This document shows, piece by piece, positions 28,581-38,196 of a stretch of DNA of 62,311 nt. The notes under the pieces were generated by a model. It was given only the letters and a program-made list of their open reading frames with translations, was not told the origin of the DNA and made no database searches. The DNA comes from Candidatus Thorarchaeota archaeon. GTDB taxonomy: Archaea > Asgardarchaeota > Thorarchaeia > Thorarchaeales > Thorarchaeaceae. Position 1 is the stretch's first letter, and each line of letters starts with the position of its first letter. The stretch is taken from assembly GCA_011364905.1 (NCBI GenBank), contig RDNZ01000014.1, forward strand, positions 1 through 62,311, in the 5' to 3' direction. The translations under genes were made by a program, and so were the position numbers.

Positions 28581-29600
28581 TTAATCGGGTTCTTCAGATA
28601 CCTTAACCATGAGCTTGCCTCTATTGGTACCATCAAAGAGTTTCCCAATAGCTTCAGGAGCATTCTCTAGTCCTTCAATAATATCGACTTTGTACTGCAG
28701 ACGCCCCTTTTCAACCCATTTCTGAAGGTTTGATATTGCCTCTGAGGCACGAGGAAAATAATCTCCAGCAAGGAATCCTTCAATACGAGCTCGTTTTTGA
28801 ATGAGATTAGAGAGATTTGGACCCTGAGTTGCCCCTTCAATATTATACTGCGAAATTTGCCCACAAAGGACTATCCGTGCTCTAAGATTGATGAGATACA
28901 AGACGGTCTGAAGTATGGCACCACCAACATTATCGAAGTATACATCAACTCCCCCAGGGCAATGCCTTGAAAGGCTCTTGTAAAGCGATTCGGTGTTATA
29001 GTTGACTGCCGCATCGAAACCAAGCTCCTCAGTAAGCCAGCGGCACTTTTCTTCCGTTCCTGCAATGCCAACAACATGACAACCTTTTATTTTTCCAATT
29101 TGTCCAGCTGTTGAACCCACAGCTCCTGCAGCCGCTGAGATTACCAATGTCTCACCCTCCTTGGGTTTTCCGATATCTAATAACCCGAAATAGGCTGTTA
29201 TACCTGTAAGTCCGAAAACACTTAGATAAGCGGGAAGAGGAAATGCAGAGTTTCTATGGTGCTTAATTAGGCCAGTGCCTTTCGTTACTGTATAGTCCTG
29301 CCAACCAAGTAAACCATAAACAAGGTCACCCGGTTGAAACTTCTTATTATTTGATTGCTCAACCACACCAAGAGCCAGACCGCGCATGACATCTCCAATA
29401 GCCAATGGGTGTACGTAGGATATTCGTTCTTGCATCCATCCCCATGCCGCAGGATCAAGAGAAAGATAGATGTTACGGACAAGAAACGTCCCTTCTTTGG
29501 GAGTTGGGATTGGTTCTTCCTTCCAGACAAAATTAGAAGGGGTGATAGCACCGGTTGGACGCGAAGCTATGCGCCATTGGTGATTAACCTTGGATGGCAT
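28581..29600 (-). CDS. NADP-dependent oxidoreductase (CurA / prostaglandin reductase-like MDR)
   Basis: YLSLDP, TAYFGL, SAAAGAVG, YFDNVGG, CGQISQYN, GKLMV. Confidence 0.92.
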   Translation of the reverse strand: MPSKVNHQWRIASRPTGAITPSNFVWKEEPIPTPKEGTFLVRNIYLSLDPAAWGWMQERISYVHPLAIGDVMRGLALGVVEQSNNKKFQPGDLVYGLLGWQDYTVTKGTGLIKHHRNSAFPLPAYLSVFGLTGITAYFGLLDIGKPKEGETLVISAAAGAVGSTAGQIGKIKGCHVVGIAGTEEKCRWLTEELGFDAAVNYNTESLYKSLSRHCPGGVDVYFDNVGGAILQTVLYLINLRARIVLCGQISQYNIEGATQGPNLSNLIQKRARIEGFLAGDYFPRASEAISNLQKWVEKGRLQYKVDIIEGLENAPEAIGKLFDGTNRGKLMVKVSEEPD

Positions 29601-29821
29601 GGACTGGGAGTATCCTATATTCTGTCATAAGGATTCCGAAGTCTGCGGCTAATGCGCTTTAAACGAAAGCAACACAGACCTGTTTGAACTTAGGTGATAC
29701 CAACATCTCAAAGTTGCCTTTACAAACGTTTCTTTGCATTATTCTGGAAAGAGGCCTATTCGTCAGCCTTAATTAGGATTAGTGTCCCACAATGGACCTC
29801 GGTTCAGGAGAGATAATTTCA

Positions 29822-30796
29822 ATGGCAAAAACAGCCGTAATAGCAATTGGTGGAAATTCACTCATCACAGATAAGGATCATAAAACTGTACCTGACCAGT
29901 ATGCCGCCACTGCAGAGACCTGCAAGCACATAGCTGATATGATCCAAGAAGGATGGAACGTTGTTATAACATCAGGGAATGGGCCACAAGTAGGATTCAT
30001 TCTAAGAAGGTCCGAGTTATCTGAACATGAATTGCATCCCGTACCTCTGGATTATTGCGGAGCTGATACTCAGGGTGCAATAGGCTACATGATTCAAAGA
30101 GCTCTATATAACGAGTTTCACAAGCGAGGAATAAACAGGCAAGCTGCATCACTCGTGACACAAGTCCGGGTCGCCAAGGATGATCCAGCATTTGAGAGCC
30201 CAAACAAACCTATCGGTTCATTCATGGAAGAGAAAGAAGCAAAGAAACGAGCTGAAGAAGGATGGCAGATCAAGGAAGACTCGGGGAGAGGATGGAGAAG
30301 GGTTGTGCCTTCGCCAATTCCAATCGAGATTGTTGAACTTCCTGCCATCAAGGCGCTGCTCAATGATAATATCATAGTCTATGCCGTGGGAGGAGGAGGA
30401 ATTCCAGTGGTTGCAAATGATTCTGGGGCTCTTGAAGGAATTGCCGCGGTTATTGACAAAGATAGAGCATCTAGCCTACTCGCCACTGACCTCGATGCAG
30501 ATGTCCTACTCATTTCAACGGCAGTTGAGAAAGTCTATCTCAATTACGGGAAGGAGGATCAGCAAGCTATTGACAAGATGACCCATATTCAAGCTCAGCA
30601 TTATATTGAGGAGGGGCACTTCGCTCCTGGAAGTATGTTACCAAAGATTGAAGCTTGCGTTCAGTTCATCAAGAATGGTGGAGAGATGGCAATCATCACT
30701 GACCCCCCCAACATAACAAAGGCGTTACGAGGAGAAACAGGAACCAAAATCGTCGCAGGATTCGCAGTACCACCCCCACCTGAAAGACGACCGTAA
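29822..30796 (+). CDS. arcC: Carbamate kinase
   Basis: AIGGNS, GNGPQVG, KPIG, WRRVVPSP, GGGGIPV, AVIDKD, GSMLPK. Confidence 0.95.
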   Translation: MAKTAVIAIGGNSLITDKDHKTVPDQYAATAETCKHIADMIQEGWNVVITSGNGPQVGFILRRSELSEHELHPVPLDYCGADTQGAIGYMIQRALYNEFHKRGINRQAASLVTQVRVAKDDPAFESPNKPIGSFMEEKEAKKRAEEGWQIKEDSGRGWRRVVPSPIPIEIVELPAIKALLNDNIIVYAVGGGGIPVVANDSGALEGIAAVIDKDRASSLLATDLDADVLLISTAVEKVYLNYGKEDQQAIDKMTHIQAQHYIEEGHFAPGSMLPKIEACVQFIKNGGEMAIITDPPNITKALRGETGTKIVAGFAVPPPPERRP

Positions 30797-30842
30797 CCAC
30801 TAGATTAATCGTGGACCAATGCATTCGCCATATCGATGAACT

Positions 30843-31223
30843 ATGAAGCTGGAACAAGTAACCACTGAGAATGCACCAAAAGCAATTGGCCCCTACTCAC
30901 AAGGCATCAAGGCAAACGGATTTGTCTTTTGTTCAGGACAGATTCCTGCAAATCCCGCAACTGGTGAATTGGTAAAAGGATCGATTGCAGAACAAACACG
31001 GCAGTCTCTATCCAATGTGAAAGGCGTCATCGAAGCGGCGGGTTCTTCAATGTCTAAAATTGTGAAATGCACAGTTTTCCTCAAGAACATGGACGACTTC
31101 TCTGAAATGAATACAGAGTACGCCAAATGGTTCAGCGATTCGCCTCCTACGAGAGCGGCAGTAGAAGTTGCACGACTTCCAAAAGATGTCAGTATAGAAA
31201 TCGAGGCTATAGCACTTCTATGA
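30843..31223 (+). CDS. ridA: RidA (YjgF/YER057c/UK114) enamine deaminase
   Basis: [35 protein letters not shown]. Confidence 0.93.
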   Translation: MKLEQVTTENAPKAIGPYSQGIKANGFVFCSGQIPANPATGELVKGSIAEQTRQSLSNVKGVIEAAGSSMSKIVKCTVFLKNMDDFSEMNTEYAKWFSDSPPTRAAVEVARLPKDVSIEIEAIALL

Positions 31224-31357
31224 TTCACACACCAAACTTGAGGAATCGCCTGCTTATTCCCTTTCATAATCTATATAAAATGCGAAACTGCGGTCAGAGC
31301 AAGCTTTTTAGATTTACAAAAGCGGGCTGAACTTAGAAAACTTCGGAGCATTGACTG

Positions 31358-31987
31358 TTGGACTCAACACTACATAATATCGGAGAGATAGAGTCTCTTG
31401 TGGACCAAGCCTCTTCACTCATTGAGAGACAATTGTTCGATGAAGCAATGACAAAGCTCCGTATTGGGCTCGCAGCGGATCCGAAGAATATTCGTGCGTT
31501 GGAGAATCTGGTTATTTGTAATTTGGAATTAGGAAAACCAAAGCTAGCCATTCAAGCTCTAAACAATCTTCTCCAAATAGAACCATCTTCGCCAGTAAGA
31601 TGGGGCGACAAGGGCTACATCCATCTATTACTAAATGAGTATTCCGAGGGAATAGGAGCACTGAAGCAAAGTCTGAAGCTCCAGCCCCGAGATGTACGAA
31701 AATGGGAACTCCTAGCAACCGCGCTAATATCTGAAGATCTATGGGATGAAGCTGTTGATGCATTAGAGAGATCCTTGGACTTGGATCCGTCCTCAGCGGT
31801 AGCTTGGTATAATCTTGCTATCTGCCATCTGTATTTTGAAGACTTCGGGTCAGCTATTGAAGCAGCCGAATATGCAATTTCACTTGATCCCTCATTTGGA
31901 GACCTCGCAGATGAATGGATTGATCTAATTGGCGAGGACATGATTGAGGAAGAATATCCATTGATTGGCGGAATAGCTGCTTCCTGA
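31358..31987 (+). CDS. Tetratricopeptide repeat protein
   Basis: Successive TPRs (DPKNIRALENL, VRKWELLA, AVAWYNLA). Confidence 0.85.
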   Translation: MDSTLHNIGEIESLVDQASSLIERQLFDEAMTKLRIGLAADPKNIRALENLVICNLELGKPKLAIQALNNLLQIEPSSPVRWGDKGYIHLLLNEYSEGIGALKQSLKLQPRDVRKWELLATALISEDLWDEAVDALERSLDLDPSSAVAWYNLAICHLYFEDFGSAIEAAEYAISLDPSFGDLADEWIDLIGEDMIEEEYPLIGGIAAS

Positions 31988-31991
31988 TTCT

Positions 31992-33905
31992 CTATTTGAC
32001 AGTCTCAAGAAGTCCTTCAATTTCCTTTGCCGCTTTGTTCAACTTGAATGAATCTGCAGTTTCAAGAGCTTGTTCAAGTGCCGCTATGATTCGACCTTTT
32101 TCGAGACCCGCTTCGGTTTCGTCAGACATGTCCTTCAAAAGTTGGATTTTCTTGGGCATTACACTGAGGAGTCCATCAATGGCCTCTTGAGCCTCTTCTT
32201 TTGATGCGAAGGGCTTTTCGTTCTCTGTTTCGTATGAAGCAACAATTCTGTCTATTTGTCCATACAATCGACGATATTCCTCAAGTGCACTTGAGAGAAT
32301 TTGCTCAACCTCCCCTTCAGGTTCAGCATCTTTGAGAGCGGTCTCAAGCTTCTCCATAGCTCTCTCAAGAAACTCCCTTCGCTCGGGTAGCTTCGTGCGA
32401 CGGCGTTCCATCCAACGCCATTCATTAGAAATTTGACGGGTAATCGCAAGTGCATGGTTTATGGTTTCTCGGAAATCGTCAAACTTCGACATTGCTTCGT
32501 TCAGGTCAGACTCGAGCGTTTCTACAACATGCGTGAGTTGATAGCTAAGCATGTCGCTAGCCTGAGCCTCTGCAAGAACGCGGCTTTCTTTAATAGCTCT
32601 TCCAGCAGAACTCCAAAGTCTATCAACTTCATCTGGATTACGATCGGTTCTTTTTCTCTCCTCAAGCTCCTCAGATAGTTGACGAATCTCGTGACTAAGA
32701 GCCTGTAACTCCTGAATCTTTGCTTTGAGAAGGGCTTTACCAAGCCGCGCATTTAGCTCATCGGTAAGATGCTGCCTTTCTTCTGGGACTTCCTGTAAGG
32801 CTTGAGTGTTATCAATCAGCTGCTGGAGGGCATTTTCATAATCAAGCACTGCATCATGGAAAAGACCATCTTGATATTGTTGGTCAGCTCTCTTCTCAAG
32901 CTCGATAGCTCCTTCAAGAACATCATAGGGTGATGTTTTTAGAAGACTGTCAGCCATCAAAGGTGGAGATTCAGTACAAATGTCAAGAGGTTGACCAGAT
33001 ATTGTGAGCCGGACGATTGTAACCCCCTCTGAGTTTGCGACATAAAGAAGGTCGTTGTCTGCGTTTACCCAATCAATCCTCTGGCCGTTAAAGGAAATGG
33101 TTCCTACCTCTTCCCCTTTCTTCAGATCCCAAATAGTAAGTAATCCAGAAGTCAGTGCTGCAACAAGATAATAGCTACTTGCCCACATGGATGTCACTGG
33201 ATGGGAATCCTCAGATTCCAATGTTCGAACAAGCCCCCATTCGACCCGGTCATACACTGCAATCTCGCCTGTCGAGTTCCCAACCAACACAAACTCAGCG
33301 TTACCAGCCAGAACGCCGCCTTTTCCTTTCTTGTCCAATCTTGCCAGCTCGGAAGGTGCAGCATCACGAGTTTTCAACCAAACTCGTGGTTCTTCCTTCT
33401 TAGGACTCGTGCAAATGATTTTATCATCAGACCAGAGACTTGTAATGTCAGACTTGTGAAGTTGCCAGCTGGAGGTCTCATGAGTGTCTTTTTGGATTGA
33501 AACAAGCCGTCCTTCTCTGGCACCAACGTAGAAGTAGTCACCATGCAGTGCAGATGTCAGAGCTTGATAGCTAAGTTCAAACCATCCTGTCATTCCCCAA
33601 GTTTCCTTTTTCCAGACATAGACTCTCTTCTCGCAAGTGGCGAACACCTGAGTTTCATCTACATCAACCACAAGTGGGGGTGTTTCAGTTTCACCCAACT
33701 CAGCTACTAACTGCCAGTCAGTCTTTGACCAGACACGAATCCGATTGTCATGACATGCAGCATATAGAAAGTCCTCATCGTATGTAAGGTCAACTGCAGG
33801 AGCATCTAGGAGGGTAACGATTTCGTGATTCAGAACCGTAGCCCCATTAGAGCTCACGGAGCTTTTGTCCAACAGCTTCTCCCCATGACATTCAACAGGT
33901 ATCAT
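31992..33905 (-). CDS. WD40 beta-propeller fused to a TPR/MIT-like helical bundle and coiled coil
   Basis: DNRIRVWS, HKSDITSL, GEIAVYD, GLLTIWDL blades; then AIELEKRADQQYQDGLFHDAVLDYENALQQL and ~300 aa of Glu/Leu-rich helices. Confidence 0.85.
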   Translation of the reverse strand: MIPVECHGEKLLDKSSVSSNGATVLNHEIVTLLDAPAVDLTYDEDFLYAACHDNRIRVWSKTDWQLVAELGETETPPLVVDVDETQVFATCEKRVYVWKKETWGMTGWFELSYQALTSALHGDYFYVGAREGRLVSIQKDTHETSSWQLHKSDITSLWSDDKIICTSPKKEEPRVWLKTRDAAPSELARLDKKGKGGVLAGNAEFVLVGNSTGEIAVYDRVEWGLVRTLESEDSHPVTSMWASSYYLVAALTSGLLTIWDLKKGEEVGTISFNGQRIDWVNADNDLLYVANSEGVTIVRLTISGQPLDICTESPPLMADSLLKTSPYDVLEGAIELEKRADQQYQDGLFHDAVLDYENALQQLIDNTQALQEVPEERQHLTDELNARLGKALLKAKIQELQALSHEIRQLSEELEERKRTDRNPDEVDRLWSSAGRAIKESRVLAEAQASDMLSYQLTHVVETLESDLNEAMSKFDDFRETINHALAITRQISNEWRWMERRRTKLPERREFLERAMEKLETALKDAEPEGEVEQILSSALEEYRRLYGQIDRIVASYETENEKPFASKEEAQEAIDGLLSVMPKKIQLLKDMSDETEAGLEKGRIIAALEQALETADSFKLNKAAKEIEGLLETVK

Positions 33906-34083
33906 TCCGTTTTTTTGGAGTGCTTAAGGGTGTTTCTTTCGAGGTTAAAATCGCCCTAGAGCGCATCAGAAACCAATTTCTCGCACTTCAATACATAGTA
34001 AAATCGTTGAAAAGGGAGGACCCACACAGAAAGAACTTAAGACATCCACGAAGAAAAAGGCATACTACACGGAGGTAGGCATC

Positions 34084-36774
34084 TTGGATACCAGCGGATG
34101 GAGACGAGAATTAGACAAACTCGCCGAATTGAAAGGAATCTTGGTTTCGGTCAACCCAGCTATGGAAGAACAGGCAGATCGTCAGGTTCGTCAGCTCTAT
34201 GATATCTTTGCAAACTTGACCAAATTGGACAATGACCTTGCAACAGCAGGCTTCATGAAAAAGAGGAAAGTTCAAAGTCAAGTCGATAAGACGGCAAATG
34301 ATCTTGAAACAGATTTCATGAGAGTTACTCGAGACTTTGCTGAATATTTCAGGAAGGAGCATAAGGATACTCTTGTTATCGCACCGAAGATTCAGGCAAT
34401 CAAACCTGCAGAGGTTAAGGGCATCCAAGCACTCAACTTTCCGGGCATTGGAGCTGGAGATCTAAAGGATTTTGAGAAACTCCATGAGTTTGCCAAAGCA
34501 TTTTCGAAGCTGTATCTGGTGATTCATGAAGATGTTGCTCGAGAAGTGAAATCGACTCTCGATGAGAACAAAGCCACAGTTGACACCTACGAGCGCCATA
34601 TCACGATTGACAAGAGCGAAGTTGCCACTACCGTTTCAAATGATGATGTTTCAGGTTTATCCCTTCGAGACCTCATGATTCTGAACGACAAACTCCAAGA
34701 GGACAGGGAGTTCTTGGATGGAAGAAAGGATGAAGTAAGCAAACTTCTCAGTTCATCTTTGGTTGGTTCAGTTGAATCTCTTCAAGCATCCGTTGAAACA
34801 ACCGCCAGACTCGGTCTTGAATTACCAATGGAATTCTCACAAGAGCTTAGGATTATTGCGCGAGATGCCGCGAAGGCGACCACTCTCACAGCACTAATAG
34901 CTCTAGAGAACCAGTTTCATACAGCAAAAGTTAAGCTAGCAAATGCTCTCCGTGACAAAATCGTCAACATCAAACATGAAGTCACAACTAAGATTGTTGA
35001 GGGAGGTATTCCAACAACTGCAGATGTGATTCCAACTCCTCCAAATGTCAGCGTCGAAGGCGACGAGATCGCGCCTCTATTATCAGGCTATCAACGAATG
35101 GTTGAATGGGAGAATTCTGTCAAAATTGCTCTCAGAGAACGTTTGTTTGAACTACTTGATGATGTAGAAAAAGCAACCGAAGCCCCAGATGATGCAGGTA
35201 TCAAAGACATAGTCGCTGTACGCAAGTTTATCGGGGACTCGAAAAAGACCTTGAAAACAGCAGAAATTGATGGTATGGTCCGTATCTATCTCCAAGCTAA
35301 GGCAATGGATGATGAGTACCGAAAGAACATCACAGAGAGTATCCGCAGTTACTTGGCGAAGTTCAACGAACTTGCGACCTCAGCCGATAGAGTTCTGGAC
35401 GTCGCTCAGTTAAGTAAGAAAGCTCCAAAAGTAGAAGAACTTGAAGGTGGTATTGTCTACCTGCTTGGCTCGCTAACAAGTCTTCGAGGCGCAGTCGAGA
35501 GTGGTGTGGCCACCTTCCGGGAGGCATGCCAACAGGAAATCGATGCAATCGTTCATGATCTTCAGACTGTCAAACCAGCATATGCTGAGATCTTCATGCC
35601 CATTATAGTTGAACTCGATGAGGGTGCAACAAGGATTCAAGGCTTGGAGGATTTTGCAGAGATAAAGTCAGAGATGCGCTCGATTAAGGATGGCATCTTA
35701 GTCAAAGCTCAGGATGCATTGGAAAACCTCAGATACAGGCTCCAGGTGAAAATCAGACTGGCAGCAGCCAAGTTGATGGGCGCAGGAGTAGAGATCCCAC
35801 CCGAAGCGCAGGAAGCTATCAGCGAACTAAACAACGTGGGCGTCGCAGCAGACACTGTCTTTAGTCTCCCAGCAATTGCAAGAAAAATGGTCGAGATATA
35901 CGAGAAGAAGATCCAAGAGAAGATTATTGAAAAATTGGATTCTGAAGTGGATTCCCTTATCACCAGTCTTGAACGAGCCAGTAGCATAGGAGTGAAGCTC
36001 GATAAAGAGTTGAAAATGCTCAATGGTCTAAAGAAGAAACCCCCTACTGAGTTGGAGGAAGCAGCTGATGCATTTGACCAGCTCATGAACCTCACTACCT
36101 CACCCAATGTTCACAAGAAAATCAGGGAACGAGTAGATGAAGCTTATGTGCAAATCAAAGGAGCCCTTTCGCTGTTTGAAGATCAGGGAATGTCTGAGTT
36201 TGTGGAAAGACTACAGATTCTCATAGATCAAGTCCCATCGAAATTGGAAACTGACTCACCTCATGTGAACGAAGCTCTTGATGTCTGCTTGACACTCGCA
36301 AACATCCAAGAAGAGATGCTTCAGATGATTAAAAGCATGGCTACCAAGAGCGGTGAAACATATGATAATGAGCTAAAGAGCAAGAGTCAGTATTATTCTA
36401 CGATTGAGAGAGTTGCTGAGAAGCACCCAGCAGACTTCAGCAAAGTCGTTTTCAACATCAAGAAGATGAAGAGTCTTGAGGATGGCCTCACAGAGGCTGT
36501 TGATCTCGATGCAGCAATTGCCAGCTTCCACGAGCTTGAAGACCTTAGAAAGCAGTGGCTTGACAAGGCAGTATCAATGGATGATTGGCATAAGTCACTC
36601 AGAATGTTTATGACTGGTTTCAGCCCCGCTGCGAGACCTGACGAACGTGACAAGTTCATAGAAGATGCGATCAGGAAGGTCAAAGAGACATATAGCAGAG
36701 AGGATATTAGCTCGTACCTCAGTTGGGCGATTAAAGAGAGCGCTCAAGCTTTGATTGATTCGAGGAAGAAATAG
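34084..36774 (+). CDS. Large all-helical coiled-coil / helical-repeat protein of unknown function
   Basis: 896 aa, heptad-rich, no TM segment or Walker motif; recurring GLELP / GVEIP / GVKLD turns; TTG start after GGAGGT. Confidence 0.85.
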   Translation: MDTSGWRRELDKLAELKGILVSVNPAMEEQADRQVRQLYDIFANLTKLDNDLATAGFMKKRKVQSQVDKTANDLETDFMRVTRDFAEYFRKEHKDTLVIAPKIQAIKPAEVKGIQALNFPGIGAGDLKDFEKLHEFAKAFSKLYLVIHEDVAREVKSTLDENKATVDTYERHITIDKSEVATTVSNDDVSGLSLRDLMILNDKLQEDREFLDGRKDEVSKLLSSSLVGSVESLQASVETTARLGLELPMEFSQELRIIARDAAKATTLTALIALENQFHTAKVKLANALRDKIVNIKHEVTTKIVEGGIPTTADVIPTPPNVSVEGDEIAPLLSGYQRMVEWENSVKIALRERLFELLDDVEKATEAPDDAGIKDIVAVRKFIGDSKKTLKTAEIDGMVRIYLQAKAMDDEYRKNITESIRSYLAKFNELATSADRVLDVAQLSKKAPKVEELEGGIVYLLGSLTSLRGAVESGVATFREACQQEIDAIVHDLQTVKPAYAEIFMPIIVELDEGATRIQGLEDFAEIKSEMRSIKDGILVKAQDALENLRYRLQVKIRLAAAKLMGAGVEIPPEAQEAISELNNVGVAADTVFSLPAIARKMVEIYEKKIQEKIIEKLDSEVDSLITSLERASSIGVKLDKELKMLNGLKKKPPTELEEAADAFDQLMNLTTSPNVHKKIRERVDEAYVQIKGALSLFEDQGMSEFVERLQILIDQVPSKLETDSPHVNEALDVCLTLANIQEEMLQMIKSMATKSGETYDNELKSKSQYYSTIERVAEKHPADFSKVVFNIKKMKSLEDGLTEAVDLDAAIASFHELEDLRKQWLDKAVSMDDWHKSLRMFMTGFSPAARPDERDKFIEDAIRKVKETYSREDISSYLSWAIKESAQALIDSRKK

Positions 36775-36785
36775 GAGTTAAAGTA

Positions 36786-38180
36786 ATGTTCGGAAGTAGT
36801 CCACCCAAGAAACCTGCTGAGATTGATGATACAACAAAAGCAGCAGAAGTCTTCGCCATTGGTATTGGTGAATGCGGCTCAAACATTGTAGGGTCGTATC
36901 TCCAAACAAGTAGAGACAAAAAGCTACCTTCGAGAGTGAGAGGCTATCTGCTCATCAATACGGACAGAGCAGACCTCACAAAGGTTCGACAAAAATATGG
37001 TATCCCGAAAGAGCATACTCTGCTCTATGGTGCCAGCGAAATTGGTGTCGGTGGCCGGTTCATGGACGGATACAATTCGATCATGGAATCGAAGGATATC
37101 ATTTTTGACCAGCTGGGCAATCTCGGTTTTGAAGGTGTATCAGGATTTTGTATATTCACAAGCTTAGGAGGAGGTACAGGATGCGGTGGCACACCAGCCC
37201 TAATCGAACTCCTCAAACAGCGCTTTCAAGAGGAAGAGGGCAGACGTATCTTTGTCTATGTCGTAGGCATCCTTCCATTTGAGGGGCAATCAAGCGAAGC
37301 ATTGAACTCAATCTGGGCGGTATCGCGGTTACTTCGAGCTCAGTTACAGGAACGTGGCGCCGACCTTACGATACTTCTCTCGAACAGAACAATGCTGAAA
37401 CGAATTCTTCAGTGGAGAAGAGGTGATACAGTAGACTATCTCCAAAGAGAGCTTGAAGTAGACATTGCTGATATTGATTCAATTGAAACAATGGTGCCAT
37501 CCACGCTTGAGGAGAGCAGCGCAGCAGATGCAAGGACTGAACAAGCATTTGTGGAACTCGTCAACCCATTGGCTCTTGATGTTGTAGAGGCAATGCTCTC
37601 ACCAGGTGTTTGGGAGCGGTCCAAGGACGTTTTTCCGACAACAGACCTGGCGGACTATGCACGTAAACTTGATCCAGTTGTTGTCCCTGCACTCTACACG
37701 GACATTGGTCTGATTCCCGATGCAGGGAGTATGCCAAAGCAACTTCGGACAATGATTGACTATGCAGTAAAGGAGTGCTCCTATGCAGATGTGGGTGAAG
37801 AGCCAAATGCAGAGAGTGTATACTACGTGCTGTCTGGACCCACGCATATCGCAAAAGCTGAGTTTGGAATGCATCTCAAAGAAGCACTTGACAAGTTCAT
37901 TGCTCCGGGTGCTGCGATTACACCATGCTATGTCCAATATCATGAGAGAGATCCAAAGACGAACCTACTGCTGTTACTAGGCCTACCAAAGATTCCAGAG
38001 CTTGTTCAAATCATCAATGAAGCCACACAGCTTGTCAATTTACATAGCGGAGCGTCACCTTTGAAGCAGGGATGGTTCATGAGATCGAAAGGCACCAGTC
38101 GAAAGGAGCTGGTGGATGCCATTAACGATTTCCGTGAGCTCTTTAGCTACTACATGACTCCTGGCGACACAATGGAATAG
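36786..38180 (+). CDS. Divergent tubulin/FtsZ/CetZ-superfamily GTPase
   Basis: T1 GIGECGSNI, T2 INTD, T3 GVGG, T4 SLGGGTGCG, T5 ILPFEG, T6 LSN, T7 TTDLAD. Confidence 0.92.
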   Translation: MFGSSPPKKPAEIDDTTKAAEVFAIGIGECGSNIVGSYLQTSRDKKLPSRVRGYLLINTDRADLTKVRQKYGIPKEHTLLYGASEIGVGGRFMDGYNSIMESKDIIFDQLGNLGFEGVSGFCIFTSLGGGTGCGGTPALIELLKQRFQEEEGRRIFVYVVGILPFEGQSSEALNSIWAVSRLLRAQLQERGADLTILLSNRTMLKRILQWRRGDTVDYLQRELEVDIADIDSIETMVPSTLEESSAADARTEQAFVELVNPLALDVVEAMLSPGVWERSKDVFPTTDLADYARKLDPVVVPALYTDIGLIPDAGSMPKQLRTMIDYAVKECSYADVGEEPNAESVYYVLSGPTHIAKAEFGMHLKEALDKFIAPGAAITPCYVQYHERDPKTNLLLLLGLPKIPELVQIINEATQLVNLHSGASPLKQGWFMRSKGTSRKELVDAINDFRELFSYYMTPGDTME

Positions 38181-38196
38181 GAATGGTGGTCACAAA

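Noticed and set aside
34084-36774. SMC/Rad50 or dynamin-like assignment for the 896-aa protein
   Set aside because: No Walker A/B, signature or GTPase motifs
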